Assembly (NCBI GenBank): GCA_965233585.1
Contig: CBDDTI010000242.1
Span: forward strand, 1-20,085
Reading direction: 5' to 3'
From: a bacterium
GTDB lineage: Bacteria; SAR324; NAC60-12
DNA length: 20,085 bases
Position 1 is the first letter of the stretch. Each line of letters begins with the position of its first letter. This document shows, piece after piece, positions 1-10,192 of this stretch. The position numbers and the translations under genes were made by a program. Below the pieces are notes generated by a model, which worked only from the letters and a program-made list of their open reading frames with translations, was not told where the DNA came from and did not search any database.

Positions 1-1256
1 TACCACAAGAAACAACCCTCATAAGAATAGATATAGTCCTGCTTAAACATATTTATGTAAGTTTTTCCCATACGGTAACCTATAAAACGTGGACAAAATG
101 TTGCATGATCACCTTCCAAACCATAACCTATTAAGGAAAATTGACGTATAACACAATATTTGTCATTCGCAATAATTCATCTAAGTACCAGTAAAGATCA
201 CAAAATTGAGCCTTCAGTTCCTTAAGATACTTATACATTAATTTGTTTAAAATGAACAAGAGCCTTTGATAACAAACCATTAACGTTAATTCGGTGTTAA
301 CGAAAGGCACATATCAGGTATTCATTACACGTCAGGCATTCATCACATGTCTCGATAGAAGACACGGGGCTGTCCATTTATGGCATTTGGTCCCATCCCT
401 CTCCACACCCAATTTCTCTTTTTCTTCAGCTGCTATCAGCTTATTACGCTTCTACCGTGTTGTTGGGATGTTTATATTTCTGCTCTTTCCTGTTTGCTGC
501 GATTATTTCATTGCTTGAAGTTTTCTCGTATTTTATCTCATGGAATATTCAGGTGAGCATGATATTTCTTTACTGACATCACAAGCAAATGTTGAAGTGG
601 CAGAAAATGTTCTGTGGTTTAAATTAAATTGTAGAAACGTAAGTGAAGTTAAGGAAAGCAAGAAATGCTATGAGAACAAGAAGTCGTAAGCGACTGTTTT
701 AACAATTTTTCCGTGTTTTTCCAAACGTGCGCGAGTTATGGAAAGACAACGTTCGTGTTTCTCGATCTTTTAGCTTTTCTTGAGTATCTATCTTCCCTGA
801 TTCGGTATAGAATTTACGATCACTTTGGAGCACAGCATTTATCTGTGTCGCAAGTTTCTGTAAAGCGAAACATACGGCAATCAAAAAATTGAATAGAAAT
901 GTTTTTTTTTAATATCAAAGGCACGATACAGGCCTTCTAATTTTGAATTTTCAAAGGGATACTGTCCCCGCTGATTATCGAAAGTTTATATTTCGTAATT
1001 TTCCCCTGGACGTGCCACCAAATATAGCATTGAATTGCATAAAAAATAGAGATTGCACAGAGCAAAATAAAACAAGCCTTTTCGGGAAGAAGCTGGATTC
1101 AAGGATAGAAGTGAATTACGTTTGAAATCGAAATTGCCATTCCACTGAAATTTGAGTCTCTTAGTCCTCATGTTAACTCTTAATACGAGAAAATGCCACT
1201 CAGACCTTTTAATTAAATGCTGATATTTAAAACATTTGAAATAAGTAACCTTGGAA
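1..1256 (+). repeat. Copy A of a diverged local (segmental/tandem) duplication; runs off the left edge
   Basis: Aligns by eye with 3915-4938 + 6777-7018. Both start TACCA(C/A)AAGAAACAACCCT(C/A)ATAAGAATAGATATAGTCCTG and end TTTGAAATAAGTAACCTTGGAA, with many substitutions and small indels between. Confidence 0.93.
430..552 (+). CDS. Putative 123-nt internal exon encoding a hydrophobic segment (LLSAYYASTVLLGCLYFCSFLFAAIISLLEVFSYFISWNIQ)
   Basis: Strong polypyrimidine acceptor TTTCTCTTTTTCTTCAG| and donor CAG|GTGAGC, length a multiple of 3, open phase-0 frame. Both splice sites are conserved in the paralog. Could instead be a UTR/non-coding exon. Confidence 0.5.
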
Positions 1257-1325
1257 TATAATATTTAAGTCTGGTGAGATCCTTTGACCAACTCCTACAT
1301 TTGAGGACTGATTGGAATACTCTAC

Positions 1326-1888
1326 TTAGGAAATAGAAAACATGCATTTACCGCCGTGTTTTTATCGAGTTTTAGTATAAATCTACTAGCGTTCTATCAC
1401 GAATACTGTTCTCTGATTGGCTAAGCCACTCACTATCTATTCTGTGATAGATACTGAGTAGCGTGGCAGTGGTCCCTTGTTAAAAAATGAAAGCTGCTTC
1501 TCGGCGTTTTCGAAGTGTCTGTGAAGAGGATTTTGATAAAGTTTTGAACGACTAGTAGATTTGCACTAAAACTGTTAGATTATTCGCTCTCGATTCTATG
1601 CGTGATAGAAATCTCGAGCTCATAATCTAATTGTTTAATAGAAACGGAAGTGGAAGTTTGGGAGAACGAGAAATGCTGTAGGAACACGAGCCACAGGCAC
1701 GAGCCCATTACCCACATGCGAGTGTTTCCACAGTTTTTTCGAGTTCTCCAAAACTTTCACGAGTGTTTCTATAACTCGAAAGAAACACAGAGAACTTGTT
1801 TTCTATTTCTTTTAGAAAACACCGCGACGAGAAAAAGGAAAACAACTTGTTAACTTGGATCATCAAAATGTGAATTCTCTTTGCTCGT
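1326..1888. mobile_element. Palindromic non-autonomous repeat of a type common in coral genomes (possibly Crypton-related), interrupted by a nested insertion
   Basis: Left arm (AGGAAATAGAAAACATG...GTGTTTTTATCGAGTT//ATAGAAAC..GTGGAAGTTTGGGAGAACGAGAAATGCTGTAGGAACAC) is the imperfect reverse complement of 1722-1812. Older copies of the same motif lie at ~630-740 and ~4555-4665. Confidence 0.7.
1372..1637. mobile_element. Nested ~265-bp hairpin-rich element
   Basis: Inverted repeat TTTAGTATAAATCTACTAGCGTTC / GAACGACTAGTAGATTTGCACTAAA plus a terminal hairpin AAACTGTTAGATTAT...ATAATCTAATTGTTT. It splits the left arm of the surrounding palindrome. A related fragment lies at ~7722-7822. Confidence 0.65.
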
Positions 1889-4358
1889 AACTATTTTTTA
1901 AATAGCATACTATACTGGTTTGGAATCTTCTTAGAATTATTGTCAACATGCTTGGTGCAGAGGTGTGCCAAGCCTCCAAAGTTTTCTGTCGATGACACAA
2001 CAACTATCAAAATCTATGCAACGGCCGAATGACCACGCATTTTTCGCAATGTTTGATCCATTAACAAATGTTTTGACATTCCTGATATGTTCCTTCCTTC
2101 AAGTTTTCCTTGGAAAAAAATTTTCTATTCGGCACTCCAGTACATGCTACCCATGTCTTTCTCCTCAGATGTCATTTTTTTTTATATCTGTCCTTAATTT
2201 CGCAGCAAGCAAAGGTTAGTCCTGACTGAATAGGTGTGATAAGTCTTGATCGTAAACGGACATATCACTGCTTCAAGCAGCTAACAGCAAACAATGGAAA
2301 AAATGCATTCGAGAAAAAAAATCAGTTATTTACATACGCACTTTCACTGGGCCCGCTCAAATGAGAATCTGTTACAAGCCGTGACGATTGAAGTTAAAAC
2401 CGTACTCCTAAACGGTAGCCTATTATATAAATTTCTGACTTCATTGTTTTCCAAGTCCAAAGAAGCACAAGCAGAGATGCTTTAACAGGCCTCGACACCC
2501 TCGAAATAAAATTGCCGCCAAACTTTTACCAAAATACAATACATGCAGTAAGACGCAATTCCATGCAGTGTTTTATAGTACATTGTCTTTACATGACCTG
2601 TCACGTTAATTCTACTAAACATAACTTTAAAGTAAGGCAGTACAATAAGCTTCTGACAAAAAGTCCCGTTCATCTTTAATCGCCGTGGCCATATCTTAAG
2701 AAAAAACAATCTCCAAAAGCTGATCGTCTCACGCACAGGCAATTTCCTTTTTTTGTGGAGCAATTTTCTAACCACTGCCATTCTCGATCTTGTTATTGGC
2801 TATTCAGCAAGAATATCACATGTGGACACCCTCTATTTTATTCCAGTTCTGATTAACTAATGAATAAAAAGCAAAATTTCACTGCTGTACCTATAGCGAC
2901 CCTTTAGCCAGAGCGGTCGAGATTCTTGGGGCTGACCCTTCAGAACGCGACCTGCCAGCGTGCAAAAACACAAACAAGAAGAATACTAGCTAATAGTGGC
3001 TGATGGATTAAATTCAGTGATCGCGCTTGTTAAACTTGGGGTGTTTAACTAATTGGCTATTTTTTTCTGTCGGTGATCTAGAGAAACCGGATGTTTAAAT
3101 CGAGAGCCAGGAAACACTTTTCCTGCTTTTTGTTCCCAACTGAACTTCTTTCTCCACAGGTCTGGCGTTTGCTGTATTTTTTTGACGGCTGCCTTAGGCC
3201 TCAAAAATATACACATCAAAGAAAGTGCTTTTCTGATAGGGCTCTCGGCGTAGGACGAAAGAGATCAGACAAAAAGATGAAATTCTAGAACGACTTCGGC
3301 TTTTATTTAAATTGAATTTTTATATATATATTAATTATTCATTTCTTTCCGTTGCCGCTTTCTGTGGCATAATCCTTCAGACCGCCGAGTAATGCAATAT
3401 AAAGTATATGATATCTCTTTGTGGTGCTATTCCGTTAAACGGAGAGAATCCAGAAGTTGTAATTTTTATCTGTAGTCTCTACGAACGTAGCTCGATCCTC
3501 TCAGTTAGAACACTGATCTGCTCGTTTTTGTTTTAGAACACTGCTTGTCGAATTTAATTTTGCAATTAAAGGAGGGATAAAAAAAAAATTTTGTATCCAT
3601 ACAAGCGTTTAATCGAAGTTTGAACTCGATTCTCTACGAAAAAGTCAAGAATTTCACGAGAATCAATCATAAACTCAATAAACTGACCAGCTGGTAGGCG
3701 GCTTATTGACTTGTTGAATGAATTTGCAGAATTAATATTCATTCAGTATTATAGCCAGACATTTGTCGAAATGATCGTGAACAAACATTACACCTGACCT
3801 AAAAGCTATTAACTATGACAAGTGTGGTTGGTATAAGTAAGATCTCTTGCTCGCGCTCGCTCGATCGATGAAACAATCATTCCGATATATAATTATATAA
3901 TGTGGTAAACCTCTTACCAAAAGAAACAACCCTAATAAGAATAGATATAGTCCTGTTTAAAACAATTTATGTAAGCTTTTCCCATACAGTAGCCAATAAA
4001 ACGTGGACAAAATGTTCCATGATTACCTTCCAAACCATAGCCTATCAACTAAGGAAAATTGACGAAAAACGCCACACATATTTGTGTACACAATATCTGT
4101 CATACGTAATAATCCTTCTAAGTACCAATAAATATAACAAAGCTAAGCCTTCAGGTCCTTTAATATGCTTGTACATTTGTTTAAAACGAACAAGATCCTT
4201 TGCATTGATGACCGTTAACGTTAATTCAGTCTTAATGAAAAGCACATATCAGGTAAAGTGTCTGCATTCATTTCATGTCGCGATAGATGACATAGGGATG
4301 TCTGTTTATGGCATTTGGTCCCATCCCTCCCCTCGCCCCCATTTCCCTTTTTCTTCAG

Positions 4359-4482
4359 CTGCTATCAGCTTGCTACGCTTCTGTCGTGTTGTTGGGTATG
4401 TTTATATTTTTCCTCTTTCCTGTTTGCTGCGTTTATTTTACTGCTTGAAGTTCAATCGTATTTTATCTCGTGGAATAATCAG
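4359..4482 (+). pseudogene. Paralog of exon 430-552 with a +1 insertion (124 nt)
   Basis: Same acceptor TTCTTCAG| and donor CAG|GTGAGC. GGGTATG replaces GGGATG and shifts the frame. The 3' part reads CLYFSSFLFAAFILLLEVQSYFISWNNQ. Confidence 0.5.
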
Positions 4483-4938
4483 GTGAGCATGATATTTCTT
4501 TATTGACATCACAAGCAAATGCTGAAGTACAGAAAACTTTCTGAATTAAATTGAAGAAACGTAAGTGGAAGTCTAGGAAAGCAAGAAATGTTATGGGAAC
4601 AAGAAGTAGTAAGCGACTGTTTCAACAATTTTTCCGCTTCTCCCAAACTTGGACGAGTTATAGAAACAGCATTTATAGTTCGTGTTCTTTTTTAGCATTT
4701 CTTAGGTATCTACTTACCCGATTATAGAATTAACAGTCACCTTGAAGTGGATCATTTATCTGCGTCGAAATTCTCTGTAAAGCTAAACATGGCAACGGAA
4801 AAAATTGAAAAGAAAAGTTTTTAATAACAAAGGCACGAAACCTTTGTAATTTCAAGGTTTTAAAGGGATATTGTCGGCCGGCTGATTATGGAAAGTATTT
4901 TTTTCCTAATTTTCCGCTGCAAATGTCACCAAATATAC

Positions 4939-6769
4939 CAAGAGAAAATGAGGGGACAGAGAGGGAGGCTCCCAGTCCAGGCCTTGGGATATGTCAATTC
5001 CACTAAAGTTATTTTAGGGTTGCCGGAAACAGCGGGAGTGCATTTCCTGTTACGTCCGCATCATTACATTCTTAGGTGATCACGCAATTTAGAAACGGCG
5101 GTCCACGGGCAAATACGTCGATGGAAGCGTCTTTCACAGGTATATTAGAGAGGAATAGTATTTCTGAATGGATAAATGAAAGAGGGATATATATTTTCAC
5201 AACTTGATGGAAATAAAATGGCACATCATTGCAGACGGGCGGAAATGCAGTTCTGAGTGGTCAACAAAAACAACAAAATGTTCCGGCTGGACGTGTTATA
5301 AAGGTCGTGTCGGCTAGGCTATCATGGACTATGCCCTGTGGCTTTTTTAAATGGAGTTTACGAGCCCATGGACTTGGACATTAATATTGGCAAGGACAAC
5401 GAGATTTTCTCCTCACGAAAGCTTACATTAGTGTAAATTAGCGAAAGGTGCAGACTGACGTGGCATGAACATGATCAATGGAAGATGACACCTCCGTCTT
5501 GGCCGGTTTCGTCTGTTAGAAAAGCAGTCAGAAGAACTGAGTTATCCCTTTCGCTCAGTTCAGTGTACTTTGGTTGATGGTTTAAAATAATTTTTTGTCG
5601 CTTACATGGGAGTTATTTTGTCGTTGAATTGAAAGTTCAGTCAACGTTGTTCTGTGTTTCTGTGAATTCAAAATTAGGAACGAAGTTGAATTCCCGGCGT
5701 TGAATTATTTCTGCACGGGTTTCAGTGTCGCTCAGATTGCTTCACTCAAGCTACAGGAGTTGTTTTGTCGCCGTAACAGTATTCACGACTAGTTCAGTTT
5801 TTACGTTCCCATGATCGCCATGCTTCTAGTTGTTGAGTCGCTGTGCGGGCATTCAATTTTTTTTTTCTCTTGCTAAACGCTACTCTACAAGCCTGACCCT
5901 CGAGAGTGTTTGTTATTGTATTCAAAATTATTTCTGTCACTGGTCGTCCCACTTCGAGCTGTTTTAAATATATTTCTCTCGCTGGTCGCTTCGCTGTGAG
6001 CCATTTTGTCACTCTACTGCCATTCAACATTATTTCTCTTGTTGATCACCTCGCTCCGAGCTGTTATTTGGTTGAGTTATTTTCTAGGCTGATCGCTACA
6101 CTCCGAGTTGTTTTATTCGCGCCCTTAAGACTCAAAATAAAATTTCTTTGGGTGAAAATTGCTTTGTTGAGGTGCAGTATTCAAATTGGTTTCTGTCGCT
6201 AATCGCTAGGCTTCGAGTTGTTTTGGTTCCTGGATTCAAAACATTTTAGCTACCCTCCGAATTGTTTTGCCGTTCGACCAGAATTACTCCTCTATCCGGG
6301 TTGAGAGCAATTTTGTCCGCGCTGGGTTCAAAAATAGTTTTTTCCGTGGGAACCAAAGTAGTTTTCTTCGCTGTGCTAAAATTTCTTTCCTCGATGCGTT
6401 CAGTGGTATCAGGAACGCTACAGATTGAAACAGTATTTCATGTTATGTTACAACATCGAACAATACGATACTTCTCTGCATGTTGTCTACAAATGAAAGC
6501 AGATTAATTCTTTGTTGTTGTCATCGCTGTTTTCTTTGGTTCAAATTCTCAGAGGATAAACATTGATATTCCTTCATGCCGAAACGTATTTCCACGCTGA
6601 CCGCCTTTTCAATTAGCTTCAATTCCCAGATCAACGAGTGAAAGGTATCATGCGGACGTCTGGGGAAATAGACTTCCGTTTCCGCCTAAAACTAAAAATA
6701 ACTTTAGTGGAATCGACATATCCCAGCCAACGCCCTGAATGTCCCTCTCTGTCCCCTCATTTTCTCTTG
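4939..6769. mobile_element. Complete non-autonomous TIR DNA transposon (1,831 bp), probably P/Galileo superfamily
   Basis: Perfect 28-bp TIRs CAAGAGAAAATGAGGGGACAGAGAGGGA (4939-4966 and 6742-6769), with imperfect inverted repeat extending ~130 bp. 7-bp TSD AATATAC at 4932-4938 and 6770-6776. CA..TG ends. Empty site at ~1016-1030 in copy A. No transposase ORF. Confidence 0.9.
5605..6320 (+). repeat. Degenerate internal repeat array inside the transposon
   Basis: About ten or more same-orientation variants of (TCGCTACACTC)CGAGTTGTTTT, often followed by TTCAAAATTATTTCT, e.g. at ~5955, 6057, 6103, 6214 and 6258. Confidence 0.7.
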
Positions 6770-7375
6770 AATATACCAATATATAATATGGAAAAAACGT
6801 CAGAGATTGTACAGACCAAAATAGAACAAGTATTTTTGGGAAGAAGCCGGATTACTACGATAAAGGTGAATAACGGTTGACTTTTTGACAGGATATCAAG
6901 AGATCGAAATTGTCATTCCACTCAAATTTTGAGTCTCTTAGTTCTGATTTTAACTCGTTGTCCGATAGACTGCCACTTATGCTGATAATTAGAAGATTTG
7001 AAATAAGTAACCTTGGAAAATTATAATTAAATTAACGACTGATTGCTTGATGATGCAATTAGGAACAGTTCCAACATTATCAACTTTTGAAAGACACCCC
7101 AAGAGTATTTTCTAACTTTATTATATAATTGATTGATGTATTCTTAACTTTAGCTATAGAAAAATGCGATAAAATATATTTCTTAACTTTAACTTTGTAA
7201 ATGTAAAAAATCTAACGTTTTAAACTCTTAACTCTTAGCTTTTTTGGCTTGCAAGCCCCCTCTGAAAACCACATATGTGACGTGGGTTCCCTGTTAGAAT
7301 ATCTCTGTTATTAAGTAACGTTGTTATATTCTTGGCGCAACTTTTTGTTCTTACCTAACAACTCACATGGTTGCG

Positions 7376-7396
7376 CCCCCCCCCCCCCCCCCCCCC
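7376..7396 (+). repeat. Poly-C tract (C21)
   Basis: Direct observation. Confidence 0.95.
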
Positions 7397-7516
7397 ACCA
7401 TCCCCAAGAATCTTTGACAGGCGTTCTTCCAGTTAATCTGATAATCATTTCTCTGTAGAAATGGCAATTAACAAGTAAAAGGCAACAGACTGCGAGACAA
7501 AAAAGACTTTTACATC

Positions 7517-7583
7517 ATGAAAATGCTCATCTTAGTGCTATTGCTCCTGTTGAATGATCAGGAAGGTGCTCAAGCAACACAAG
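7517..7583 (+). CDS. Putative first coding exon encoding a signal peptide (MKMLILVLLLLLNDQEGAQATQ-G) of a secreted or membrane protein
   Basis: ATCATG start, basic n-region, Leu-rich h-region, AQA cleavage-like motif and a phase-1 donor AAG|GTAAAC. An upstream acceptor TTTCTCTGTAG| lies at 7458. Confidence 0.55.
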
Positions 7584-8128
7584 GTAAACAAACATATTGT
7601 GTCTTTTCTTGGCCTTTTCTAATTGTCGTAGTTGATGGTAACTGGTGTAGTGGGAGAGGAGAAGTTGTTGTATGACAATATTGAAACTAAATGAAGAAAT
7701 GTAGTGATAGACAGCTTCCAACAACTAGTAGATTGATAACAAAACAGTTGCATTATTCAATCTCGAATTCTATGCGTGACAGTTGACAGCTGCGCCTCCG
7801 TAAACTCTCGATAGAATTTCAATATATTAATGCTTGTTCTATTTTAATTTACAAAAACTTAGCCTGTGCTATGGCACGGAACATTGTTTGGAATACAGTA
7901 CATCCAAAATGTTACCATATTATGTTCACCTTGCCATTGCCATGGTAACGGGCCTTTTTTACTAAGATTCCCGGCTTTTATGTGTGCTCTCGTGAGTTAT
8001 TAAGAGACAAAGAGTTTTTTTTTCCAAAATTTAAAACAGTTTCATACGCTTGGTTAAAACAGTATCCTTTCAGGCATAATTACCGTACTTTTAAATTCGT
8101 GTATAATGTAGACAAACACAATAGTAGT

Positions 8129-8183
8129 TCTTGTAGTTTTTATAGTTACTCTTGTAGTTTTTATAGTTGGTATAGTTACTCTG
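8129..8183 (+). repeat. Short tandem repeat, 21-bp unit (TCTTGTAGTTTTTATAGTTAC), ~2.5 copies
   Basis: Direct observation. Confidence 0.85.
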
Positions 8184-8280
8184 TAAATTCGAGATCAAAT
8201 AGAATCATTTAAGTGTGTTTGTAAAAACTGTCGTAATAACATGATTGTCGTTGTTAACTGTGATAGGCCCAGACCTCTTT

Positions 8281-8340
8281 ATAGACCGTTTTCACATGAC
8301 GTCACGGCGGCCATATTGGTGTTTACAAACAATGAGAAAT
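8281..8340. mobile_element. Truncated end of a common cnidarian MITE
   Basis: ATAGACCGTTTTCACATGACGTCACGGCGGCCATATTGGTG resembles a terminus I recall as abundant in coral/anemone genomes. The other end is not seen. Confidence 0.55.
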
Positions 8341-8909
8341 TCTCTCTTTTGGAAAGTGTAAACATTTACTATCATTTGGGAAAGTCAATATAGTCCCCAA
8401 TACAACGTTTTTTTAAGCTAAAAACTCAAAATTGAGGTGGAGCCAAAGAAGTTTGTGGTCTCTGAAGACAGTAATGTCGTTAACAAGAGGAAAAGGAAGG
8501 GGTTGGGGTCGGTCCCCTAAGCAACTCTCCTGGAACTGCCATCTAAATACACCCAAAGTGTTAGTAGTTATACCAACCTAATGAAACTGGTTACTGCTGA
8601 TTATTCTGCTTAATTAAACTCCCAAATGTCATGGAAACATCGCTGATTGACGTTTTCCGCCAGTAAAATGAAATAAATTCGTCATCATGACGTCGTATTA
8701 CGCTAGAGTATCTGTAGCTATATACATTATCCTAGACTAATTTGGTGGCCAAAGCATACGCACTTTACCTGGTGCGGGCCTCTGAAGGGTTTAGGGTGAA
8801 GCATTGAGGCAGTATTCAGTAGTCGTGTTTTATGGTGTGGTGTTATCCTATGCTCACCTGTCCTGCAATGTGTTTCCTCAAAGAGAATTTATGTACATAT
8901 ATAATATAT

Positions 8910-9073
8910 CTATAGGTGATTCCTCAGAAATAAAATTTATCGATTTTCCACGATTTTCGCGTGATTAGCGCGCGCAAATAAGCGCGTGCACATAGACAAC
9001 GAAAGAAATTTCGCTCAAGCTAAGCTCGATACCGAAATAAATGTTCTTTTTCTTTTAAACGAGCATGATGACC
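8910..9073. mobile_element. Left part of a host interspersed repeat split by the Polinton insertion
   Basis: Ends ...AAACGAGCATGATGACC and appears to resume as GTGACCGAAACCTAAATTAGCC at 11718. Continuity is inferred from the TSD-like duplication and my recall of the repeat family. Confidence 0.5.
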
Positions 9074-9345
9074 AGTAGTTGTGTGGGCCCCTTCTTCGCC
9101 TAGGTCGCGCTCTGATTGGTTGTTTGAGCCCTAATTCTTATGCAAATAAACCAAGATGGCGGCCGGTGTAGTGATACATATCCAAGATGGCGACCCCTAA
9201 CCGTAATGACGTCGTCAACCCTAATTAACATATCCATCATGACGTCCTCGTCATCCCTGAACCCTAGTCCCCCTTTGATCCCTAAGACGTCATCCCCTAG
9301 TCTCTCTTTGACCCTCTAATTAACATATTTTTCATGGTGCCCTAA
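9074..9345 (+). promoter_or_regulatory. Polinton terminal region with clustered host transcription-factor motifs
   Basis: CTGATTGGTT (inverted CCAAT, 9112), ATGCAAAT octamer (9140-9147), CAAGATGGCG YY1-type x2 (9152, 9183), TGACGTC/GACGTCA CRE-like x3 (9207, 9240, 9286), CTAATTAACATA x2, and repeated CCCTAA/CCCTAG. Confidence 0.6.
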
Positions 9346-9677
9346 GAAGGACCTATTTACTAATCAACTTAATGACATGCTCTTATATTTGGATCATGAC
9401 ATGTTTACTTATCCCTGTGGGAACACTTACTCTGTCACTTTAGTCACTACGCATCCTGGTAAACAATATGGTCAAGATTTGTTTATATATGAGTCACGAA
9501 AAGTCCTTCGACCCATGTGGGAGATGGTACTCTGTCACTTGACGCAGTGCGCAGTATGAGAAGCACGAATTTTATAGATTTGTTGTCGGAAAGGGTGAAA
9601 ATTTGTTACTTATTGGTTAAGTAATCGTGCCTTTACATATGGTAAATGAGGGTTGTGGGAGTCAGTACAAAAAATAC

Positions 9678-9720
9678 TGTTCTGGTCAGGAATCGAACCT
9701 GTAAGCATTTAGCTTCTTAA
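9678..9720 (-). pseudogene. 3' half of a tRNA gene (5' half missing)
   Basis: Minus strand reads TTAAGAA GCTAA ATGCTT ACAGG TTCGATT CCTGA CCAGAAC A, then GTATTTTTT. This gives a perfect B-box/T-arm, a 7-nt acceptor 3' strand and a Pol III terminator. Confidence 0.65.
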
Positions 9721-9734
9721 TTTAAAGCTATTTT

Positions 9735-9807
9735 GACTGGATAGCGCAGCGGTCAGCGTATTGGGCTCATAACCCAAAGGTCCACGGTTCAAATCCTTGT
9801 CCCGTTC
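9735..9807 (+). tRNA. trnM: tRNA-Met (CAT), initiator-like anticodon stem, slightly decayed
   Basis: GACTGGA TA GCGC AGCGGTCA GCGT A TTGGG CTCATAA CCCAA AGGTC CACGG TTCAAAT CCTTG TCCCGTT C forms a full cloverleaf with one mismatch each in the acceptor and T stems. Anticodon at 9768-9770; followed by a TTTT terminator. Confidence 0.85.
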
Positions 9808-9875
9808 ATTTTATTTATTTATTTTTTTTTTACAAAGCTATTAGATTGTATTCAATTAAGTAGTTATCAATTTTA

Positions 9876-10120
9876 TTACGTGATATTACACGTTGGTTTT
9901 CTAGTTTGACCTGAGGCTTTGACCCATTCGTTAAAGCTTTTACTGCCTCCGTTTGATTTGTATTTTGATAGTTTGCTTTCAAGTTGGCGTAACGTTTTTC
10001 CCTTTATGATCTTGACCTTTGAAATCTCAGAGAGTTTTCTTAGCGATGCCTTTAGTAACTTCGATTCCTTATACCTTTATTTTCAACGCTGCGTGTTTGC
10101 TGCGTGAAACTTGCTAGCAT
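9876..10120 (-). pseudogene. Remnant of a small Lys-rich Polinton ORF
   Basis: Open stretch RYKESKLLKASLRKLSEISKVKIIKGKTLRQLESKLSKYKSNGGSKSFNEWVKASGQTRKPTCNIT* whose stop overlaps AATAAA. The nearest ATG (10120) is out of frame. Confidence 0.4.
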
Positions 10121-10192
10121 TTTTAAACCCACTAAAAGGTAAAGTGAAACAACACATTGTAGTAAACTTTTTTTATTTATTTTCAAAACAAA

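Larger units (their letters stand above)
3915..7018 (+). repeat. Copy B of the local duplication, interrupted by the transposon at 4939-6769
   Basis: Colinear with 1-1256 once 4939-6776 is removed. Confidence 0.92.

Noticed and set aside
2169..2214. Possible 46-nt exon (CTCAG|ATGTCA...AAAG|GTTAGT; MSFFFISVLNFAASK)
   Set aside because: Splice signals are plausible but it is short, has no paralog in the window and no supporting homology.
3902..4486. 194-aa ORF
   Set aside because: Runs through intron-like sequence, the paralogous copy has indels and stops in this frame, and no domain is recognisable.
5605..6320. Repeat array as a CRISPR-like locus
   Set aside because: Units are degenerate and irregularly spaced, lie inside a eukaryotic transposon, and there are no cas genes.
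9128..9345. Scattered CCCTAA as a telomeric array
   Set aside because: Isolated hexamers rather than tandem (TTAGGG)n; better explained as sub-repeats of the Polinton terminus.
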